Shown here: positions 53,849 to 64,000 of the stretch, piece after piece
Numbering within the stretch: position 1 is the first letter of the stretch
Layout: every line of letters begins with the position of its first letter
Origin: Octopus vulgaris
Lineage: Eukaryota
Direction: 5' to 3'
Length of the DNA stretch: 64,000 bases
NCBI GenBank assembly: GCA_951406725.2
Contig: OX597814.1
Span: forward strand, 203,546,001-203,610,000
Translations under genes and position numbers: made by a program
Notes under the pieces: generated by a model
The model's database searches: none
Seen by the model: only the letters and a program-made list of their open reading frames with translations
What the model was told of the DNA's origin: nothing

Positions 53849-55449
53849 ATAGAAAAAAAAAGGGATTACAAAATCAAGGCAGATATCAATAAAGTACTCA
53901 GTTTTAAACAAATTTGGTTAACTATATCAAACAACCAGAGACCAATAAATGCAAGTAGAATACACATCCAAGGTAATTCTTTATGTATGACATGTAGATC
54001 CAAATACTGCTTAGAAGAATTTTGGAAAATTGAGAGTATTAGGCAACAAAAATATATATGGAATAAATTACGTCTTTAATTGTAGAATTCACCTTACAAA
54101 GCCAACAATTGTTTCTATTGTGTTAACATATTTAGATATAGAAAATATCATTGAAATTTATGTTTCTGAAAATACATGTTAACACAATGTTTTCAAGGTG
54201 ATCCAAAACTAGTTAAATTCAAGGCAAACTAAGGAAATATCCCCAACACATTTTTGCATATAAAAAAAAATTCTAAGAAGAAATATAATCTAAAAAAATC
54301 TGTTTTTGTATTCATGTGAACATCAGCGAATAATAAAGAAATGAAAAATAAACATAGTAATTCTACATTATGACAATTAGAAACATAGAGATTTTACGTC
54401 ACAATTATTAGTTATCTATTTATTAAATATAGTGAACATTTTTAGAAGTATTATGTTTATTATATAACATATGAAAAGCAATTATAATTAAGAATAGAAA
54501 TATTTAAATGTCTTTCAAATTCTGTGCCAACATTTCACAGTAAAGTTCCTATTAAAGTTTAATCAAATTAATTTAGAGGTAATTATATAATACATTTCTT
54601 TAAGGCAAAGGCCACATGTAGAATTGCCAATATTGTACGATGGTGCATAACTAATAATGGACCACTTTAAATCATACTTAATGTTTTTATCTTTTAAATC
54701 CAAATGAATTTACAAAAATTTGTAGAATTAGCATTTATTCTATATTTAAATGAATGAGAATGATTATGAAATCTAGATTTCCAAATTGTAGCAGATGAAC
54801 CTATGTAAACATACTAATGATTCTCTACTATTACATTACACTGATAGACAATATTTTTCCTTAAATGCTGATTTTTAAAGGGCAGACAATTTTGTTTTTA
54901 CAATTACACAGGGATTTATTCACTTGCCTTGGTACTCATGGTTAAAATAATTCCTATCAGTCCTCTCATAATTAGGTGTTAAGGCAGGATTATTATTATT
55001 GTTATTATTAATATTATGACTAGGTGTTAACTGTATTATTACAGTCAGAATTACTTTTACTTAAAGAATCAAAATGCAGTTTAGGAAAATTATCATTAGA
55101 GTTAATTTCAAAATACACATTATCGATTTTATTCCTGTTTATAGATTTTGAGTTGAATTATTCCCTAATTCTTTGTTTATTGTGTACTGCTATAATCTCT
55201 GCTAAATTTCTAGTGGTTAATACAAAAAGTTTATACTATGGCAATTAAATAATTTCTCATATTTACTTGAAGGCAGGAAATACTTATCAAGGTGGCAAGA
55301 ATAGTGCTTGAATACCAAATGTAGAGTAATATGCTTCTTATTAAAATATGATTACAACTCAGACATTTCCGGTTATAACAAAAAAAAGTACACACACACA
55401 CACATGCACGCAGGCATGCACACACTCACACACATACATGCATATATAT

Positions 55450-55553
55450 AAGATGGAAACATTAAAGACTATTCCATTCTTCATGAGTGTCAATCTAATA
55501 CACCTGCTTGTTGTTTCCTCACCTGCCTTTGTCTGTTGTTTTCTGTACATTTG

Positions 55554-55615
<62 letters not shown>

Positions 55616-55800
55616 GAGAGTTCACGAAAAAACAAACGCTGAAGACAGGTGGTATAGAAAACAAACAGATGTATAATGCTCAGGAATTGAAAAAGTCTTT
55701 TACTTTTCGAGCGTACGCTCTTCTACAGAAAAGGACACAGAAAAAAACAAGGAGAGAAACAAGGAGAGAAAAATATGTGTGTAGTGGCTACCGATCTATC
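55450..55800. mobile_element. Two related HHR-type elements tail-to-tail across a (TA)n tract
   Basis: The + copy begins at GAAACATTAAAGAC (55457). The - copy carries TTTT-CTGTAGA-A-GAGC-GTAC-GCTC-GAAA-AG-TA-AAAG (55697-55732). Confidence 0.6.
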
Positions 55801-56234
55801 ATGGTGACTGCTGGATAGAAGGGTCACACAGGAGAGCGAAGAAGTAGGGGAGATAACAAAGTAAAGATGACCCCCCCCCCAAAACGAAGGTGCATGTGTG
55901 TATAAGAGAGTATGTATGTGCGTGTAAAAGAGGGCTGGTGGTCTTGACGTGTGCGTGTGTGTATGTGTAGGTGTGAAAATGTGGGGAGCATATATATATA
56001 TATATATATATGCTCCAGTATGGCCTCAGGGCTGAAATATATAAAAGAATAAGAAAATATATATATATGTACATATGCTTTTGGTACAAATGGTTTTGTT
56101 TTATGGCACTATATTTTACAAACCTGTAAATAATAATAATTGTATTTTTATATAAGCTTATGGTGATTACCTTGCAATGACTATAGAAAATAGTCTAATA
56201 GCGGGCATTATAAGTCCTTGACAGAAAAACGAAG

Positions 56235-56310
56235 GCTTTCCTATCTGCATGGGACTCAAACTCACATTCCTTTGTTAATGTGACTAAGTGTGTTACCTTT
56301 ACACCAGCGA
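56235..56310 (-). pseudogene. Decayed tRNA-like sequence (SINE head or tRNA pseudogene)
   Basis: Minus strand TGGTGTAAAGGTAACAC...GTGAGTTTGAGTCCCA resembles A and B boxes. Confidence 0.4.
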
Positions 56311-56564
56311 ATGAGCTTCCTTCTTTCTGTCAAATTTAAGAACTATATTAGTTTGTATTTGTTTATATATATATATATATATATACATACATACATACAT
56401 ACATATATATGTGAGTGTGTATGTACATAGAAATATGCATATATATGTGTATGTGAAGGAGCAGGTGTGGATGTTTGGCACTTGGGCAAATGACTTTTTC
56501 TATAGCTCTACGCCAACAAAGGCCTTTTGTGTGAGTTTGGTTGTTGTTGAAGCCTGAAAAAACT

Positions 56565-56620
<56 letters not shown>

Positions 56621-56710
56621 TACAGTTCTATATTTAAGAGATGAGGAATTATGTACATTATTTACATTGTTTACATTTGACGGATATTTGTCCTCATCTT
56701 TTTTGTTGTT

Positions 56711-56756
56711 AACTCAATGTTTCGGCTGATATACCATCCAGCCTTCATCAGGTGTC
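56711..56756 (-). ncRNA. Minimal hammerhead ribozyme
   Basis: GACAC-CTGATGA-A-GGCTG...CAGCC-GAAA-CATT-GAGTT. Confidence 0.7.
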
Positions 56757-56826
56757 TTGGGGAAATTTCAAACCTGGGTTCTCATTCCTAAGGTATTTTT
56801 CAATGTTGTTGTTGTTATTATTATTG

Positions 56827-56864
<38 letters not shown>

Positions 56865-56936
56865 GTTATTATTATTATCATTATTCAGGTCACTGCCTAG
56901 AATCAAGTTTCCAGGCAGTGATTTCAGGTAGTGAAG

Positions 56937-56971
<35 letters not shown>

Positions 56972-56995
56972 AACCCAGGTTTGAAATTTTCCCAA

Positions 56996-57041
56996 GACAC
57001 CTGATGAAGGCTGGAGGGAATATCAGCGGAAATGTTGTGTT
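56996..57041 (+). ncRNA. Minimal hammerhead ribozyme
   Basis: GACAC-CTGATGA-A-GGCTG...CAGCG-GAAA-TGTT-GTGTT. The two arms imply an ancestral GAAACGTT. Confidence 0.7.
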
Positions 57042-57128
57042 AACAACAAACAAGATGAGGATGAATATCCGTCAAATGTAAATATTATTAATAATGTATA
57101 TATATATATATATATATATACATATTTA

Positions 57129-58120
<992 letters not shown>

Positions 58121-58279
58121 ATATATATATATATATGTAATGAAAGCACATACTAAGTATATCTACCTGTTGGAAAACAGTCAAAACTCTTATTTAAATT
58201 GCCAAAATACACTGATAATAACCATCTGAAGGCAAACGGGCTAAGACAATCTCCCAGCATACATTCAAGTATTTGGACT

Positions 58280-58332
58280 CACATGGACTGGTTTCTGGAC
58301 TGGCATAATAGTCTCACCTTCCTCAGCACACG
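58280..58332 (-). ncRNA. Type I hammerhead-like motif in a (TA)n-flanked element (about 58137-58395)
   Basis: CGTGTG-CTGAGGA-AGGTGA-GACT-ATTATGCC-AGTC-CA-GAAA-CCAG-TC-CATGTG. Confidence 0.6.
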
Positions 58333-58543
58333 TTACCATGATGGAGAGCCCCAACCCATCGCAGTGATTTGCATTTGGCGCAAAATGAATCTGTTATATA
58401 TATATATACACACACACAAAATACATATATATATATACACACACACATAATACATACATATATATATAAAATGTGACCTCGTGTGTACCATTGGCGATTT
58501 TTTTTCCTCTGTCTTCCCTTCTCTGGATCTTTCCTTCTCCTAT

Positions 58544-58578
58544 GTTTCCGACAAAGAGCTCCGCTTGAAACATTAAAT
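58544..58578 (+). ncRNA. Degenerate minimal hammerhead-like motif in a (TA)n-flanked element (about 58468-58670)
   Basis: GTTT-CCGACAA-A-GAGC-TCC-GCTT-GAAA-CATT-AAAT. Confidence 0.5.
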
Positions 58579-59196
58579 CCTCCTTCTTTCCTTAGCGTCC
58601 AATAATACTATATTTGTTCCACGTTCTCACGTTGTTGTGTTTTTTGTGCTTTCTTGTTTGGATTAACTATATATAAATATATTTATACGTGTGAGAGTGT
58701 ATGTATGTCTCCATGTCTTGACATCACAACAGTTGTAAATGAATGTCACTGTCATACAGGCAGTGTCGTTTATTTTCAGTATCCCACAACAGCATAACTG
58801 GCCTTGGGGAAATATTACCTTGCTTGGAAACAAACAACGGTCAGCAAAGGAAGGATATTTGACCGTAGAAAATCTGCCTCAAATAGATTCTGTCTGATCC
58901 CTGAAAGCATGGAAACGTGGAAGTTAAACTCTGCAGAGTAGTTGGTGTTAGGAAGACTGTTCAGTCGTAAAAACCCTGCCAAAACAGACACAGTAGCCTA
59001 GGGTAGTTTTCTACCTGGCTGGCTCCTGTCAACCATCCTATCCATGCATGGAAGACAGATGTTAAATGATGATGATGATGATGATGATATACTCACACAC
59101 ATACACACAAGCATGCATGTACATACTATATATGTACACATATACATGTGAGTGTATGTATGTGTATGTACATATCTATCTATCTTTATATATGAA

Positions 59197-59600
59197 AGCA
59201 AGAGTGGCTGTGTGGTAAGTAGCTTGCTAACCAACCACATGGTTCCGGGTTCAGTCCCACTGCGTGGCATCTTGGGCAAGTGTCTTCTGCTATAGCCCCG
59301 GGCCGACCAATGCCTTGTGAGAGGATTTGGTAGACAGAAACTGAAAGAAGCCTGTCGTATATATGTATATATATATGTGTGTGTATGTTTGTGTGTCTGT
59401 GTTTGTCCCACTAGCATTGCTTGAGAACCGATGCTGGTGTGCTTACGTCCCCGTAACTTAGCGGTTCGGCAAAAGAGACCGATAAAATAAGTACTGGGCT
59501 TACAAAGAATAAGTCCCGGGGTCGATTTGCTCGACTAAAGGCGGTGCTCCAGCATGGCCGCAGTCAAATGACTGAAACAGGTGAAAGAGTAAAAGAGAGA
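59197..59600 (+). mobile_element. Young full-length family B SINE
   Basis: CpG-rich copy with the same architecture as 57670-58120. Confidence 0.88.
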
Positions 59601-60298
59601 GTAAACCACAAAAAGGATGAAGCCAATACAGAAGGGACATATTTTAACAAATGTTGTATTAGTTTAACACTTAAAAAGAAAGGGAAGAGTTGATGTTTCA
59701 GACACTAGTCCATCAGACACTAGTACATAAGGAATACATAAGAAAAGAGCTAATTACAAGATCCTAACTAAAGATCTCAAATTAATAACACAGGCCAAAT
59801 TATTAGATGCATTAAAACAGAGCAATGATTATTTAACTGGCAAGCAATAAACCATACAACATGACAGGAAGTCGTCACTCATGTATTGGCCAGCAATAAT
59901 TATTTTAACCTAAATCTCCTACTAAAGCTGATTGCTAGACGTAACAGTTTAACAGACTACTCGATGAAATAATCCTTGATAAAGATCATTTCTCTATCAC
60001 TGAATATAACTGTCTCCCATTTGAGCTAATGTGACTGTCTTGTACATGGTTCTCTGACTTGCTAAAAATAGCAACTGAATTTACTTTAAATTACACCCTA
60101 TCATCTCAGAAAAGGCGATATACATTGGATAAGGTAGTCTTATATGCACTATTCCTGAAAAGAAAAGTAAAGTAGGAAGCTTGTTCTAAGTTGGAAGAAC
60201 TTTGAACACAAATTTGTTCAATCAGAGCTGACCTTGTGTTAAACAACTTGCTTATAAGTTAGTAATAATAATAACAATAATAATAATACAAAAAAAAA

Positions 60299-61046
60299 TT
60301 AAAACTGGAAACGAAGGCTCTAATCTGTACTGTCCAAGAGCAAGCATTAAGAACCAATTACATCAAATACAGAATAGACAACACATCAAAAGGTGATAAG
60401 TGCAGAATTTGTGGACAAAATGGTGAAACCATATGGCATATTACCAGTCAATGTACGCCACAGGCCCAGAAAGAATATGAGAAGTCATGACAATATAGCA
60501 AGGATTGTCCATTGGACACTTTGCAGCAAGTATGGACATAACAGAGCAAAAAAAGTGGTATGAGCATAAACCTGAAGGCATCATCAGAAATGATAATGCA
60601 AAGATCCTATGGGATTTTATGATTCAGTGTGACCATGGGATAGAGAATAGGAAACCAGACCTAGTGTTAATTGAGAAAGAAGCAAATGATGCTTGATCAT
60701 AGATATAGCGTGCCCAGCTGACAATGAGGTATGCGATAAGGAAGAAAGAAAAGTCGAGGGATATGACAGGTTAGCTTGGGAGGTTAAGCAGTTGTGATTG
60801 CTGCAAAAGGTGGAAGTCGTACCAATAATTGTCAGAGCCCTGGGAACAGTGAGTAAAAATCTTGAGAAGTACATGGAACAAGTAGGGGCTGCAATAAAGG
60901 TGGAGCACTTGCAGAAAACAGCACTGCTTGGAACCGCTCGAATACTCTGGATGGTGCTCGAAAAATAAGGGGTGTTACCTTAGTTCACTGGTTGTGAACA
61001 GCTGGCACCGTAGTACATCTCCAGTATTAGAAACTGTGCAAAGACA
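60299..61046 (+). mobile_element. R4/Dong-like LINE 3' portion (CCHC knuckle plus restriction-like endonuclease), frameshifted
   Basis: QEQALRTNY...CRICGQNGETIWHITSQC...ILWDFMIQCD...RKPDLVLIEK...IIDIACP...LQKTALLGTARIL. (TAA)n on both sides. Confidence 0.88.
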
Positions 61047-61049
61047 ATA

Positions 61050-61112
<63 letters not shown>

Positions 61113-61331
61113 CCTTTCTACTGGAAGCACAAGGCCTCAGATTTGGGGGAAGGGATTAAGTCGATTACATTGACCCCAATGCATAACTGGTACTTAATTA
61201 ATTGACCCCAAGAGGATGACAGGCAATAGTCGACTTCAGCAACATTTGAACTCAGAACATGAAGACAGATGAAATACCACTAAGCATTTCACCTGGCATT
61301 CTAATGATTCTGCCTGCTCACCACCTTATAT

Positions 61332-61364
<33 letters not shown>

Positions 61365-61365
<1 letters not shown>

Positions 61366-61600
61366 TCATGCATTAGGCATGATAAAAAAATATTCAGACA
61401 AATACATAACAAAAACACCAGGACTTACAAACACATATAACATACAGAAAATTGCACTACTAGGCACTGCACACATCCTACGCAGAACACTTTCCATACA
61501 ATAACCATCAGAGCATCACAACAAATCACAGCACATACCCAAGGCACACAGAGCTGCGCTCAGTAGTGAAGTGAAAGCACGCTATAAAAATAAAACTACT
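61365..61600 (+). mobile_element. R4/Dong-like LINE extreme 3' end; related copy at about 62325-62700
   Basis: ALGMIKKYSDKYITKTPGLTNTYNIQKIALLGTAHILRRTLSIQ*, within (TAA)n. Confidence 0.75.
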
Positions 61601-61974
61601 GGATAATAATAATAATAATAATAATCAGGAAAGTATTAGATAGCTAAAAATAACAGATAATATGGTGCTGTAGGCTGCAGACAGCAAGCCCGCTATGCAT
61701 GCAAGATTCCAGGAGTTACAACAAAACTGGAGTTAATAATAATAATAATAGTAGTCGTAGTAGTAAGTAATCCTTTCTAGTATAAGCACAAAGCCTGAGA
61801 CTTTATGGAGCAGATGCTGGTCAATTATATTGACCTCAGTGCTCAACTGGTAATTATTTCATCAACCTCAAACAGAGAAAAGGCAAAAAAAAAAATCAAA
61901 ATGTGAACATTGACAAAACACTCAAAAGCAGTTTGTCTGGCATACTAACAATTTTGGCAGCTTCAATTTCCTTT

Positions 61975-62322
61975 CCAAGTGAAACTTGAAGAAGTCAATG
62001 AGAGCTTTGCCAAAGAGGAATGTATCTGTCCTCTTGCCTTTCAGCTTTGTCCATCAAACAACCTCTTTCACCACAGCCACCAGGCAAAGGAAAGCTGCCT
62101 TGCCTGCCCAATTGAAGGAGGGTGATGGTGCAATCATCACTATAGACTTGACCAACAGCCGAATCCACCCCACATGTGACAGCAGCTGTTTGGCATAACC
62201 CCACAAGTCAGCAATGCCCGGACACTGAACGAGGGCATCCAGAATGGTTTCGTCACTCTGTGTGCACTTCAGACAAACCCGTCTGACAGCACATCCATGC
62301 CTGTAGAGTTTATCTTGAACCA
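61975..62322 (-). pseudogene. Tx1/L1-clade ORF2 C-terminal zinc-binding fragment
   Basis: VQDKLYRHG...CLKCTQSDETILDALVQCPGIADLW...AVVKEVV. Confidence 0.65.
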
Positions 62323-62813
62323 ATAATGAACATATCAGTACCAATAGATGACAATGTATCTCTAAAAGGAATGGAAAAACTATTGAAACACAAAGATCTG
62401 GAAATAGAAATAACCCAAATGTGAGCCTTGAAAACAAACAATCTCTATAATAATAGATGTTTTGGGAACGATAAAAAAGACATGAAAACAAATACATAAC
62501 CAAAACCCCAAGACTTATGAATATATATATATATATATATTACATACAGAAAATAACACCATGCACATCTTATGTAGAGCACTTTCAATCATGTAGAAAT
62601 AATAACACCAAAACAAACCACAGGACATACCCAAGACACACGGAGCTGTGCTCAGTAGTGTAGAGAAATCACACAATAAAAATAAGACTGATGAATGATA
62701 ATAATTATGGTTTTAAATTTTGGCACAAGATCAGTAATTTTTTTAGTGAGAAGGTGTTAGTGAATTACATCAACCCCAGTGCTTGACTGGTACTTATTCT
62801 GTTGACCCCCCAG

Positions 62814-62869
<56 letters not shown>

Positions 62870-63469
62870 TCTTCATACTATAGGCACAAGGCCTGGAATT
62901 TTGTGGGGAGGGGCTGCTTGATTACATCAACACCAGTGTATGACTAGCACTTACTTTATCAACCCCGAAAGGTTGTCTGTCCAATAATATCAAAATGCCA
63001 AGGTTTGTCCAGTAATATCAAATATATGCCAAAATGGATCACAGACACAAACTGAAATATACAAAATAACATATGGAACTGTTATGTGACACATCAAACC
63101 ATATGGCGTCCTAACTGAAACTTTTGTACAGGATTAAACCTGCATTGCTAACATAGGGCATAGGATGCGGTAGTGTTCTAGAAAATTTTCAAAGTAATTT
63201 CTACCTACACACGCACACACACACACACGAACACTCACACACACATACACACTAACACTCACTCACACACACACACACTAACACTCACACACACACTTAT
63301 CTGTGTTTAAATATACATACATATGCATACATACGTACATACATACATATACACACATATACATACATACATACATATGTGTGTGTGTGTCTCTATAATA
63401 TATATGTATGTATGTATGTATATATGTATGTATGCGTGTGTGTGTGTGTGTGTGTGTGTACACATACAT

Positions 63470-64000
63470 ATGAGGTGCATCCCAAAAGTTTTGAGACTAT
63501 ATTTAGGAAAGATAGTTAGAGCTGTCCCAGATTATTGTAATTTTAGTATATCGTTGCTACACATCTAATAAATTGACCTGCCAACATTTGTTATTCCAGA
63601 TTGAAGGAAATGGTTGTAACAGCGCCTTGAGCACACTCTGCCAAGCACTGCTTGTCACAACCGACCAGTTTGCAGTATGCAAACAAGTCAAATTGAAAAC
63701 AATTTGGAAACTCACTATGCAATAAAATTTTGTATTAAACTGGGCAAAAATACTACAGAAACCTATAAAATGCTCCCTTTAGCTAATGGATTAACTTTTT
63801 CACTGGCACAAGAGGTTCTTGGATGGTACAGGGGAGATGAGAGATGATGAGAAGCGTGGGAGGGACGGGGACATCAGAATATCAGAGCTGGTTGAGTATA
63901 TTTACAATTTTCTGGATGAAGACCTTCAAGTGTTTATTAAAGACAGTAAGCATGCAGTTGGTGTGGTAACTGTACACACAATCATTCATGAAGATTTGAG
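63470..64000 (+). pseudogene. mariner relic, 5' part (runs off the window)
   Basis: YAIKFCIKLGKNTTETYKML, then WHKRFLDG. Follows a TA. Confidence 0.75.

Larger units (their letters stand above)
56617..57095. mobile_element. Fold-back HHR-bearing element with an internal (AAT)n tract
   Basis: Inverted arms at about 56670-56790 and 56967-57083. (TA)n flanks. Confidence 0.8.

Noticed and set aside
59685-59725. Minus-strand CTGATGG...GAAACATC in a tail resembling the 55.5 kb family
   Set aside because: The apparent core comes from a short local duplication (CAGACACTAGT twice) and the stems do not pair.

Overview
AT-rich, microsatellite-saturated eukaryotic DNA with no host gene I can support. 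The repeat content (tRNA-headed SINEs, RTE LINE tails ending in (CAT)n, mariner relics) suggests an octopus/cephalopod genome; this is an inference. The only long intact ORF is a 5'-truncated RTE-clade LINE (751 aa, RT with an inserted PHD-like finger). The rest includes mariner, Tc1-like and Tigger relics, a piggyBac-type MITE, R4/Dong-like LINE ends in (TAA)n, and Tx1, CR1 and BovB-like fragments. Main finding: by eye I can fold about 17 type-I hammerhead-ribozyme-like motifs (two near-intact, others partly or heavily decayed). They sit in roughly nine mutually dissimilar non-coding elements, mostly embedded in (TA)n-type microsatellites. These elements take three forms: head-to-head fold-backs, about 1.2-mer permuted units of 339-355 nt, and solo copies. 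This looks like a diverse, microsatellite-associated population of non-autonomous Penelope-like/retrozyme-like elements. All folds are manual and ribozyme activity is untested.
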